A DNA stretch of 64,000 bases from an uncultured cyanobacterium. GTDB taxonomy: Bacteria; Cyanobacteriota; Cyanobacteriia; PCC-6307; Cyanobiaceae. The notes under the pieces are model-generated. The model made no database searches, was not told the origin of the DNA, and saw only the letters and a program-made list of their open reading frames with translations. A program made the position numbers and the translations under genes. Every line of letters begins with the position of its first letter. Positions within the stretch are counted from its first letter, which is position 1. The stretch spans positions 64,001 through 128,000 of the forward strand of contig CAVONQ010000005.1 in NCBI GenBank assembly GCA_963697335.1. Reading direction: 5' to 3'. Shown here in pieces: positions 47,126 through 56,058 of this stretch.

Positions 47126-48244
47126 ATGTCCCCTCAAGCCATGAGCAGCTCCAGCCCCGCAGCCCCCGCCGCCTTGCCGGTGACGATCCTCTCCGGCTTC
47201 CTGGGCGCCGGTAAAACCACCCTGCTGAACCACATCCTCAGCAACCAGCAGGGGCTCAAGACCGCCGTGCTGGTGAATGAGTTCGGCGAGATCGGCATCG
47301 ACAACGAACTGGTGATCGCCACCGGCGATGACATGGTGGAGCTCAGCAACGGCTGCATCTGCTGCTCGATCAACGGCGAGTTGCTGGATGCCGTCTACCG
47401 CATCCTCGAGCGCCCCGAGCCGGTGGACTACCTGGTGGTGGAGACCACCGGCCTGGCCGATCCGCTGCCGGTGGCGATGACCTTCCTGGGCAGCGACCTG
47501 CGCGACACCACGCGCCTCGATTCGATCATCACCCTGGTGGATGCCGAGAACTTCAGCGCCGATCTGCTGGAGGGCGAGGTGGCCCGGGCCCAGATCGTCT
47601 ACGGCGACATGCTGTTGCTCAACAAGTGCGATCTGGTGGAGGAGGAGAAACTCCAGGCCCTGGAGCGGCAGTTGCGCGAGATCAAGACCGATGCGCGCAT
47701 CCTGCGCTCGGTGAAGGGGGAGGTGCCCCTGGCCCTGCTGCTCAGCGTGGGCCTGTTCGAGAGCGATCGCCTCGTGGCCCAGCCGCCGCCGGCACCCGCC
47801 GCCGAAGACCACAGCCACTGCGACCACGACCACGGCCACTGCGAACACGAACAGGAGCACGAACACGACCATCACGACCACGCCCACAGCCACGACCACA
47901 GCCACGACCACGGCAGCAATCCCGACCACGCCGCCATCGAGGGCTACACCTCCCTGTCGTTTCAGAGCGAGGGGCCCTTCTCGCTGCGCAAGTTCCAGAA
48001 CTTCCTCGACAACCAGCTGCCCGCAGGAGTGTTCCGGGCCAAGGGGATTCTCTGGTTCAACGAGAGTGAGCGCCGCCACGTGTTCCATCTGGCGGGCAAG
48101 CGCTTTTCGATCGATGACAGCGACTGGCCCACGGCGAAGCGCCAGAACCAGATCGTGCTGATCGGCAAGGAGCTCAACCACGACCAGCTGCGCCGCCAAC
48201 TGCAGGCCTGCGTGGCCAAGGATGCCGGCAAGGGCTTCGGCTGA
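47126..48244 (+). CDS. COG0523/CobW family metallochaperone GTPase
   Basis: GFLGAGKTT, NEFGEIGID, GCICCS, ETTGLADP, NKCD, His-rich insert and CobW_C domain. Confidence 0.93.
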   Translation: MSPQAMSSSSPAAPAALPVTILSGFLGAGKTTLLNHILSNQQGLKTAVLVNEFGEIGIDNELVIATGDDMVELSNGCICCSINGELLDAVYRILERPEPVDYLVVETTGLADPLPVAMTFLGSDLRDTTRLDSIITLVDAENFSADLLEGEVARAQIVYGDMLLLNKCDLVEEEKLQALERQLREIKTDARILRSVKGEVPLALLLSVGLFESDRLVAQPPPAPAAEDHSHCDHDHGHCEHEQEHEHDHHDHAHSHDHSHDHGSNPDHAAIEGYTSLSFQSEGPFSLRKFQNFLDNQLPAGVFRAKGILWFNESERRHVFHLAGKRFSIDDSDWPTAKRQNQIVLIGKELNHDQLRRQLQACVAKDAGKGFG

Positions 48245-48289
48245 TCGGGAACTGGCCCAAGCCCCAGGACGAGAGAGGGGCGACTTGAG

Positions 48290-48304
48290 CGATAATGATT
48301 CCCA
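48290..48304. promoter_or_regulatory. Zur box upstream of porin
   Basis: CGATAATGATTCCCA, nearly identical to the znuA box. Confidence 0.65.
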
Positions 48305-48321
48305 TTCAAGTCTTTCCCGTC

Positions 48322-49813
48322 TTGGCCCCGCCCCCCGGCCCCCTCGTCCCTGGCTCTGCCCCTGCTGTGGCTTGCCCCCGTGGCCGCCACCGCGGCGCCC
48401 CTGCCCGGGCCTCTGCAGGCCAACCTTGCAGGCGTTGATCGCTACGCCGCTCAGGAGCAGGTCACCAGCATCTCCCAGTTCTCCGATCTTCAGCCCACCG
48501 ACTGGGCCTTTCAGGCCCTCGCCAACCTGATCGAGCGCTACGGCTGTGTGGCCGGCTATCCGGACGCCAGCTTCCGCGGCCAGCGCGCCATGACCCGCTT
48601 TGAGGCCGCGGCCCTGCTCAACGCCTGCCTCGATCGCGTCACCGAGGTCACCGACGAGCTCAAGCGGCTCATGGCTGAGTTCGAGCAGGAACTCGCCATC
48701 CTCAAGGGCCGTGTCGATGGCCTCGAGGCCAAGGTCGGGGAGCTCGAAGCCAACCAGTTCTCCACCACCACCAAGCTCTCAGGACTCGCCACCTTCGTTG
48801 TCGGTGGCGTCAACAACAGCCCCCTGGGGGAGCAGGTCAGCTTCAACTACGACGTTCAGCTCAACCTCGACACCAGCTTCACCGGCAAGGACCTGCTGCG
48901 CACCATCCTCAGGGCTGGCAACTTCGATGGTGACCGCAATGCCTTCGGGGCCGGCCTCTCCGCCCTCGAGGTCGCCTTTCAGGAAGAAGGCGGTCCTGAT
49001 TCCGTCGGCATCGACAAGCTCTACTACCAGTTCCCCATCGGCAGCCAGTTCACCGCCACCGTGGGCCCCCGCGTTGGCCAGGAGGACATGCTCGCCCTCT
49101 GGCCCAGTGCCTACCCGAGCGACACCATCCTCAACCTGCTCACCCTGAACGGCGCTCCCATCGCCTACAACAAAAATCTCGGCCCCGGCGCCGGGATCTG
49201 GTGGCAGCAGCAGGGCTTCAGCGTCAGCGCCAACTACGTGGCCGCCCGTGGCGCCGATTCCTCGATCGGCCTGTTCAGCAGCGACTCCGCAGGCACCGCC
49301 ACCGTCCAGCTCGGCTACGGACAGGAGACCTGGGGCCTGGCCGCCATCTATTCCTTCATCGAGGGCGGCGTCGAGGTGCCCGGCGGCAGCCCCTTCGTGA
49401 GCCAGGCCATCGCCACACCCTCGGGTGACACCAACGCCTTCGGGATCAGCGGCTTCTGGCAGCCCAGCGAGGCCAGCTGGATTCCCTCGATCAGCGCCGG
49501 CTACGGCTACAACCGCACCAGTGGTGACTCCAACCTCCGCGCCTCCCAGTCCTGGATGGTCGGCCTCCAATGGAACGCGGGCTTCGCGGATGGCCATGCC
49601 TTCGGGATGGCCCTCGGCCAGCCCGGCTTTGCCACCGACACGCGCCGCAGCGCCAGCACCGAATCCGGGCTCTGGGCCATGGAGGCCTGGTACCAGTGGC
49701 AGCTCACCGATGCCATCGCCATCACACCCGCCGTCTTCTACCTCACCAACCCGGAAGGCAACAACAGCTCGGATCAGTTCGGTGCTCTGCTTAAAACCAG
49801 CTTCAGCTTCTGA
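48322..49813 (+). CDS. Cyanobacterial SLH-domain porin (start uncertain; possible extra C in the 5' C-run)
   Basis: QVTSISQFSDLQPTDWAFQAL, YGCVAGYP, FSTTTKLSG, TSFTGKDLL and terminal FSF. Confidence 0.9.
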
Positions 49814-49912
49814 GCCAGAGCAGCACCCCAGATCACCGTCCCTGGGAACGGTGGTCCCCGTTACACCCGCACCGGACGGCCTGGCTAGCATCAGCACATT
49901 CCTGAGAACGAC

Positions 49913-50056
49913 ATGGCTGAATTGCTGTTGTGCATCGGCGTTCTGGGCGTGCTCGGTCTGGCCTTCTGGCTCACCACGGACTCAGACGACGACAACGGCG
50001 GTGGCGGCCTGATGCAGCCCGCCTTAGTGCCGGTGCGCGTGCGCCGCAACGGCTGA
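49913..50056 (+). CDS. 47-aa single-pass membrane microprotein, not in ORF track
   Basis: MAELLLCIGVLGVLGLAFWLTTDSDDDNGGGGLMQPALVPVRVRRNG. Confidence 0.7.
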   Translation: MAELLLCIGVLGVLGLAFWLTTDSDDDNGGGGLMQPALVPVRVRRNG

Positions 50057-50179
50057 GGCCAGCGCCCCATCACGGCTCCCTGGGCCGTATCAATGGTCAC
50101 GCGCCCCTGCCTCTTAAGCACGGGTCCACGCCTGGGCTGATCCCTAGGTTCTGGGGGTTGTTGACGCCAAGCGTCCTGA

Positions 50180-51256
50180 ATGATCTCTTCAACCCTGAGC
50201 GGACGTGCCCTTGGCAAGCTCGCCCTGGCTCTGGTCGTCTCCCTTGGTGCCGTGGGATGCGCCAACCAGAAGCAGGAGGCGGCCGATTCCTCCGCCGTGC
50301 CGCCTGAGCTGGCCGGCACCGAGGTGGGCGTGTATTCCGGCCGCCACTACAACACCGATAAGGAGCTCTACAAGGAATTCACCCGCCGCACGGGCATCAA
50401 GGTGAACCTCCTGGAAGCCAAGGACGACGCCCTGATCGAGCGCCTGCGCAGCGAAGGTGAGAACAGCCCCGCAGACCTGCTGGTGCTGGTGGATGCGGCC
50501 CGGCTGGACAAGGCCACCCGCATGGACCTGTTCCAGCCCGCCAAGTCGGCTGCGCTTGAGAGGGATGTGCCCGCCGACCTGCGCGACTCCAAGGGCCGCT
50601 GGTTCGGCCTCACCCGACGGGTGCGGGCCGTGATCGTGAATCCCGATCTGGTGGATCCCGCCACGATCACCACCTACGCCGATCTCACCAAACCGGAACT
50701 CAAGGGCAAGCTCTGCCTGCGCAACAGCAAGAGCGTCTACAACCAGTCCCTGGTGGCAGACCAGATCATCCAGCAGGGCGACGACGCCACCAAGGGCTGG
50801 GTGAAGGGCATGGTGGCCAACGTGGAGCAGCCCTTCTTCACGTCGGATACGCCCATGTCCCGGGCTGTGGCCAAGGGCGACTGCGGCGTGGCGGTGGTCA
50901 ACACCTACTACGTGGCCCGCATGCTCTCCGGCGAGAACGGAGCGGAGGACAAGCAGCTGGCTGGCAAGCTCAAGGTTGTGTTCCCCGATCCCTCCCACGT
51001 GAACATCAGCGGTGCCGGCGTGACCCGCCACGCCAGCAATCCTGAAGGCGCCCGGCTGCTGCTTGAGTTCCTGGCCTCCCCCACCGGCGGCAAGGGCTAC
51101 GCCGAAGCCAACAACGAGTACCCCCTCAGCGGCTACGGCGATAATGAGGTACTGAAGACCTTCGGCACCTTCAAGGCCAACGGCGTCTCAGCCGAGCAGA
51201 TGGGCAACAAGAACCAGGACGCCGTGGCGTTGATGCAGGCCAGCGGCTGGAAGTGA
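50180..51256 (+). CDS. futA: Fe(III) ABC transporter substrate-binding protein
   Basis: VYSGRHY, EGENSPADL, YNQSL, NTYY, HVNISG and ANNEYP; lipobox. Confidence 0.93.
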   Translation: MISSTLSGRALGKLALALVVSLGAVGCANQKQEAADSSAVPPELAGTEVGVYSGRHYNTDKELYKEFTRRTGIKVNLLEAKDDALIERLRSEGENSPADLLVLVDAARLDKATRMDLFQPAKSAALERDVPADLRDSKGRWFGLTRRVRAVIVNPDLVDPATITTYADLTKPELKGKLCLRNSKSVYNQSLVADQIIQQGDDATKGWVKGMVANVEQPFFTSDTPMSRAVAKGDCGVAVVNTYYVARMLSGENGAEDKQLAGKLKVVFPDPSHVNISGAGVTRHASNPEGARLLLEFLASPTGGKGYAEANNEYPLSGYGDNEVLKTFGTFKANGVSAEQMGNKNQDAVALMQASGWK

Positions 51257-52830
51257 TCGCCCACTCCGCAGACGTCCAGGCAGCTCAGAGCCGTCCAGCC
51301 CCCTGGCCCCGTTGGCCCACTCACGCCCACCTGCCCCAGCGGTCGCTGCTGGGGGCGGGCGTGGTGCTGGTGTCGGGCCTGGCCCTGCTGCCGGTGGCGG
51401 CCCTGCTGGTCTTCGCCGTCCAGGAGGGCGGCCTGGAGCGGCTGGGTCTGGGCTACGAAGGGGGCGAGCAGGTGGCCAACACCCTGGCGCTGGTGCTGGG
51501 AGTGGGGGTGGCGGGGGCAGTGCTGGGCACCGCCAATGGCTGGCTCACCGCCAACTGTCAGTTCCCGGGCCGGCGTTGGCTGCGCATCGCCCAGCTGCTG
51601 CCCCTGGCCACCCCCACCTATCTGCTGGCGGCCACCGCTATCGACCTCGGCAGCCGCCTGAGCTGGCGGGTGCATGGGCTCGGCTGGGCCCTGGCGGTGC
51701 TCACCCTGGGCACCTACAGCTATGTGTTCCTGCTCAGCACCGAGAGCTTCGCCGTCAGTGGGCGGCGCCAGCTCGAGGCCTGCCGCTCCCTGGGCACCGG
51801 ACCCTGGGGCTCCTTCCGGCGGGTGGCCCTGCCGATGGCCCTGCCCGCGATCGGCGCCGGCGTGGCCCTCAGCGGGATGGAGGTGGTGAACGAGCTGGGG
51901 GCGGTGGAGTTGCTGGGCGTTCCCACCCTCTCCACCGGGATCCTGCGTCGCTGGCAGGACCAGGGCGACCCCCAGGGGGCAGTGGCCCTGGCCCTGGTGG
52001 CCCTGGCCATCGTGAGTCTGCTGGTGGCGATCGAAGGCCAGCTGCGCCGCCGCAGCCGCCGCTGGCTGATGGGCAGCCGCGGTGACAGCCTCAAGCCCTG
52101 GGTGCTGACGGGCTGGCGGGCCAGCCTCAGCCAGCTGCTCACGGCCCTGCCCCCCCTGCTCACCCTGGGCCTGCCGCTGGTGTGGACGGCCATGAGCTGG
52201 GATCAACTGCGGGGCGAAAGCGTGGCGGAGCTGGCCGGACTCACCGGCCGCAGTCTGGGTCTGGGCCTGGTGGCCGCTGGGCTCACCATGGGCCTGGCAC
52301 TGCTGCTCTCCATCGCCCGGCGCTGGATCCAGCAGCCGCTGATCCGGCAGCTGACCTTCGTGGCCGGCATGGGCTACGCGGTGCCAGGCACCGTGCTGGC
52401 CCTTGCCCTGATGCTGCTGGGCGGACCCTGGCAGCTGAGCCCCCTGCTGCTGTTGGTGTGGGGTTACAGCGACCGCTTTCTGGCCGTGGGCAAAGGCGGC
52501 CTCGACGCCGGCCTGGAGCGGATTTCCCCCTGTGTGGATGAGGCTGCCACCGGACTGGGCTGCAGCTGGCCCCAGGTGCTGCGGCGGGTGCATCTGCCCC
52601 TGCTGCGCGGGCCCCTGTTGGTGGGCGGACTGCTGGTGTTCGTCGACACCGTGAAGGAGCTGCCCCTCACCTTTGCGCTGCGGCCCTTTGATTTCGACAC
52701 CTTGTCGGTGCGGGTGTACCAGTACGCCAGTGACGAACGGGTGGGGGCGGCCCTGATTCCGGCGCTGCTGATCCTGCTGCTGGGCCTGGTGGCCGCCCTG
52801 GCCCTGGTGCCCAGCCTCAAGGAGGACTAG
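51253..52830 (+). CDS. futB: Fe(III) ABC transporter permease
   Basis: LPLATPTY, EACRSLG, GYAVPGTVLA and KELPLTFALRPFDFDTL. Confidence 0.92.
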   Translation: MIAHSADVQAAQSRPAPWPRWPTHAHLPQRSLLGAGVVLVSGLALLPVAALLVFAVQEGGLERLGLGYEGGEQVANTLALVLGVGVAGAVLGTANGWLTANCQFPGRRWLRIAQLLPLATPTYLLAATAIDLGSRLSWRVHGLGWALAVLTLGTYSYVFLLSTESFAVSGRRQLEACRSLGTGPWGSFRRVALPMALPAIGAGVALSGMEVVNELGAVELLGVPTLSTGILRRWQDQGDPQGAVALALVALAIVSLLVAIEGQLRRRSRRWLMGSRGDSLKPWVLTGWRASLSQLLTALPPLLTLGLPLVWTAMSWDQLRGESVAELAGLTGRSLGLGLVAAGLTMGLALLLSIARRWIQQPLIRQLTFVAGMGYAVPGTVLALALMLLGGPWQLSPLLLLVWGYSDRFLAVGKGGLDAGLERISPCVDEAATGLGCSWPQVLRRVHLPLLRGPLLVGGLLVFVDTVKELPLTFALRPFDFDTLSVRVYQYASDERVGAALIPALLILLLGLVAALALVPSLKED

Positions 52831-52967
52831 GCCTTGCCGCAGCGGCACTTGCCGCCCTTCCAGTTGGAGCACTTGCTGGTCTTGCAGCCCTTTTTCTTGG
52901 CTTCGCTGGGGCCCCGGCGGTTGGCGGAGTCGGGGCTGTCGTTGGCGGGTCCGATCGGCTGAGCCAT
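52827..52967 (-). CDS. 46-aa basic Cys-rich microprotein, not in ORF track
   Basis: MAQPIGPANDSPDSANRRGPSEAKKKGCKTSKCSNWKGGKCRCGKA; strong codon bias; follows the crp-like gene. Confidence 0.7.
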   Translation of the reverse strand: MAQPIGPANDSPDSANRRGPSEAKKKGCKTSKCSNWKGGKCRCGKA

Positions 52968-53020
52968 GGTTCGAGTTGACGGGCGAAGGGAGGAAAGGAA
53001 ACAAGGGGGGGGGAGCCTGC

Positions 53021-53617
53021 TCAGGCGTTGGCCAGGGGAGCTGACTCGACCAGGGAGGGAGCCAGGCGCATCCCGGCGGACCCGGCGGGCACCTCGATCA
53101 ACTGGGCCTGGCGGATCCTCGAGATCAGCCGGGTGGTGGTGACCCGGGTGGTGCCGATCAGTTCGCCGATGCGCTCGTGGGTGAGGCGGAAGGGCAGATC
53201 ACACCAGGGGCCGCAGCGGCGTCCCATGCGGCGCACCAGCATGGCCAGCAGGGCATGGAGGCGCTGTTCCGCCGTGCCGAGGTGGCGGATCCGCAGCAGC
53301 TGCAGGGTCCACTCGTTCACCGGGTCGAGCCCCGCCTCGGGGTCGAGGGTGCTGCTGGTGCTGAAACAGAGCGGCGTGAGGGCCTCCACGCAGGCGCCCT
53401 CGCTGCACAGGCGTGAGGCGTCGAGCTGATCGCCGGCCTGCAGGAAGGCCAGGGTCATGCCTTCGGTTTCCTCACAGGGGCAGTAGACGCGGGCCACGCC
53501 TTCGAGCACCTCAATGCAGCCACTGCCGGCGCGGCGGGCGGGATCGAGCAGCACCGAGTGCCCGGCCGGCAACCGCACGGCGCTGAGGGGCGTGTCGGAG
53601 AGCAGTCGAAAGGTCAT
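53021..53617 (-). CDS. Crp/Fnr-family transcriptional regulator
   Basis: C-terminal LTHERIGELIGTTRVTTTRLI HTH; N-domain with YCPCEETEGMTLAFL. Confidence 0.88.
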   Translation of the reverse strand: MTFRLLSDTPLSAVRLPAGHSVLLDPARRAGSGCIEVLEGVARVYCPCEETEGMTLAFLQAGDQLDASRLCSEGACVEALTPLCFSTSSTLDPEAGLDPVNEWTLQLLRIRHLGTAEQRLHALLAMLVRRMGRRCGPWCDLPFRLTHERIGELIGTTRVTTTRLISRIRQAQLIEVPAGSAGMRLAPSLVESAPLANA

Positions 53618-53633
53618 CGCCTGAAGGGCCTAG

Positions 53634-53690
53634 TTGCGAATGACTCGCAACCTAAACAAGAGCGGCGCATTTTGCAAGCGATTCTCAATA
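53634..53690. promoter_or_regulatory. Two Fur-like palindromic boxes
   Basis: TTGCGAATGACTCGCAA (53634-53650) and TTTGCAAGCGATTCTCAATA (53671-53690) upstream of the crp-like gene. Confidence 0.55.
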
Positions 53691-53813
53691 GCGAGTGCCT
53701 GCTGCGATCCAGCCGACCCCGCAGCACCAGTCATGTGCAACAAAGCCGTGACGTCTGATTCCACCGTCGCCACGTGGAGAGGTATCCCGCAATTCTCTGG
53801 GGATTGACCATTC

Positions 53814-54365
53814 ATGCTCACCCGCACTCCTCGTCTGCACCGGGGCGCCCAGGGCCTCCTGGCCCGCATGGGACTCCTGGCCACGGTCGCCGTCGCCTCC
53901 ACCTGGGCCGCCGCCACGGTGCTGGGACTGTCACCGGCCAGGGCCGCTGAGGACACGCTCCTCTACCAACTCGAGACCACCTGCACGGTGCGGGGCGGGG
54001 CCGCCCAGCCCTGCACCGTGGAAGCCATCGATGAGGCCAGCGGCGATGTCACCGTCTACCGCCACACGATCGGCAAGAGCGTCACCTCCATCCGGGTGAC
54101 CGACAGCCCGCTGACCATGAGCGTGATGACCGCCGGCAGCCAGGACTGGGAGAACCTCACCTCCGCCGGTGCCCGCTTCTCCACCAACACGATCTGCTTC
54201 AACGACCGCGACCTCTGCGTGGTGAACCCCAACTACCTCAACAGCGTGCGCGAGGAGCGTCCCGAAGCCACCGCGGGCCGTGACCTGGTGGTGGTGATGT
54301 TCGATGACAGCGGTCGCGTGGACCTCACCTGCTACGACGACGGCTGCGAGGGGGTGCTGGAATGA
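53814..54365 (+). CDS. Secreted six-Cys hypothetical protein (module gene A1)
   Basis: Signal peptide; LYQLETTC..CTVEA..YRHTIG..NTICFNDRDLCVVNPNYLNSV..GRVDLTCYDDGC. Confidence 0.8.
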   Translation: MLTRTPRLHRGAQGLLARMGLLATVAVASTWAAATVLGLSPARAAEDTLLYQLETTCTVRGGAAQPCTVEAIDEASGDVTVYRHTIGKSVTSIRVTDSPLTMSVMTAGSQDWENLTSAGARFSTNTICFNDRDLCVVNPNYLNSVREERPEATAGRDLVVVMFDDSGRVDLTCYDDGCEGVLE

Positions 54366-55389
54366 AACGCCCACGTTCAGCCTTCGGCCTGCTGCTGGCA
54401 GGCACTCCTGGTGCTGCCCAGCCTGCCGGCGATGGCCAGCTTTGACGCTCCGGGCCCAGCGCAGATGGAGTCGGCCTCCAACGGCGAGCTGATCGCCCGC
54501 AAGGGCGGCGGTGGCGGCCGCAAAGGAGGGGGCAGCCGCAAGAGCGGGGGCCGCAGCGGTGGCGGCAGCAAGAACCGTGCCTCCAAGGGGCACAGCGGCT
54601 TCAAGACCTCGGGCTCCAGCCTGAACCGCGGCTCCAAGAAGCCCAGTGGTGGCTGGAGCAAGAAGGCCAAGAGCAGCGGCGGCCCCTCCCTGAACCACGG
54701 CAAGAGCTCCAAGGACCAAGGGCCAGCAAGGCGCAGGCCAGCAACAACAACGCGACCGCAACCGCACCACCGCCAGCAACGACCGCAACCGGAACGGCAA
54801 CCGCGACGGCAATCGTGACCGCAACCGCGACAATCGCGATGACCGGCGGGATCAACGGGGCGACCGGGCCGAAAACAGGCGCGACTGGAAGGATGACCGC
54901 CGCGACGATCGCTGGGACCGGCGCGACAACATCCGCGACGACCGCTGGGATCGCCGCGACGACCGCTGGAACGACCGCTGGGATCGCTATCCCGGCTGGG
55001 CCCGGCCCGGCTGGGGCTACGCCCGGCCTTGGAACACCGGCTGGTACGGCGGCTGGTCCAGTCCCAGCTGGGGCTGGTGGGGCGCCAGTGCGGCCACCTG
55101 GGGGATCACCACCCTGGCCACGGCGGCGATCATCAACTCGGCCGTGGACAACGCGGTGAGCAACGAGACCACCTACATCGTGGTGCCCAACAGCGACTAC
55201 CGGCTGCTGTACGGCACCGTGGAGCCCGTGGGTGATCAATCGGTGTCGTTCGAGGCGATCAGCGGCGACAACTCGATCACGATGCAGGCCGACTGCAACC
55301 GCGGCACCCTCAACGGCAGCACACCCAACAGTGCCTCCGAAGCGGAGCTGCTGAATGCCGCCTGCCAGGTGGCCTACGGGTCGGTCTGA
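54362..55389 (+). CDS. Secreted low-complexity, Trp/Gly-rich protein (module gene B1); frameshifted near 54401 and 54711-54752
   Basis: Pieces in three frames align to intact paralog B2: MKRPRSAFGLLL / ELIARKGGGG / DRRDDRW repeats / GWARPGWGYARPW...ELLNAACQVAYGSV. Confidence 0.75.
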
Positions 55390-55410
55390 GGGCGCCGGCC
55401 GCCATCAACG

Positions 55411-55439
55411 CCTGCCCTCTCAACGGGGGCAGGTTTTTT
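55411..55439 (+). terminator. Intrinsic terminator after module copy 1
   Basis: CCTGCCCTC-TCAAC-GGGGGCAGG followed by T6. Confidence 0.75.
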
Positions 55440-55557
55440 GCTGCGACTGAATTCAAGGCCGGAAAAAAATGTGGCCAACTGCTACGGCACGCCCCCCAGG
55501 CGCGGCCAACGGCACAAGATGAAAAGTAGGCCTTCACGGATCGGGAGTATCGACACC

Positions 55558-56058
55558 ATGCCTTTTCGTGTCCCATCCCCCCTTCAGCTGCTTCCCGTCG
55601 CGCTCACTGCAGCCGCGGCGCTGACCTGGGCGCTGCTGCCGGCGCCGGCCCGATCGGAGGTGCTTTACAGCCTCGAGACCCAGTGCAGCCTCAAAGAGGG
55701 GGCGGCCCAGGCCTGCACAGTGGAAGCCACGGAACAAGACGGCGCCACCCTCTACCGCCACACCATCGGCGACCGCGTCGTGCTGATCCGGATCGAGGCT
55801 GAACCCAGCCGCATGAGCCTCTGGGATGCCACCAACAGCCAGTGGACCTACCTGGCCTCCGCCGGAGCCCTGCTCTCCAGCAACACCGTTTGCTTCAACG
55901 GCCGGGATCTCTGCGTGGTGAACCCCAACTACCTCAACAGCGTCGTGGAGGAGAAGCCCGCGCTGTACGAGGGGCGGGATCTGGTGCGGGTCATATTCGG
56001 AGTGGATGGTCGTGTCGACCTGAGCTGCTTCGACAAGGCCTGCGATGAGGTGAACTGA
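55558..56058 (+). CDS. Secreted six-Cys hypothetical protein (module gene A2)
   Basis: Paralog of A1: LYSLETQC..CTVEA..YRHTIG..NTVCFNGRDLCVVNPNYLNSV..GRVDLSCFDKAC. Confidence 0.8.
   Translation: MPFRVPSPLQLLPVALTAAAALTWALLPAPARSEVLYSLETQCSLKEGAAQACTVEATEQDGATLYRHTIGDRVVLIRIEAEPSRMSLWDATNSQWTYLASAGALLSSNTVCFNGRDLCVVNPNYLNSVVEEKPALYEGRDLVRVIFGVDGRVDLSCFDKACDEVN

Noticed and set aside
47805..47930. CAC-GAC/CAC-GAA repeats
   Set aside because: They encode the normal His-rich insert of the COG0523 protein
50180..52830. futAB without futC as an incomplete transporter
   Set aside because: futC is commonly encoded elsewhere in cyanobacterial genomes
51133..53004. 623-aa minus-strand ORF
   Set aside because: Antisense shadow of futB; the real minus-strand gene here is the 46-aa peptide in another frame
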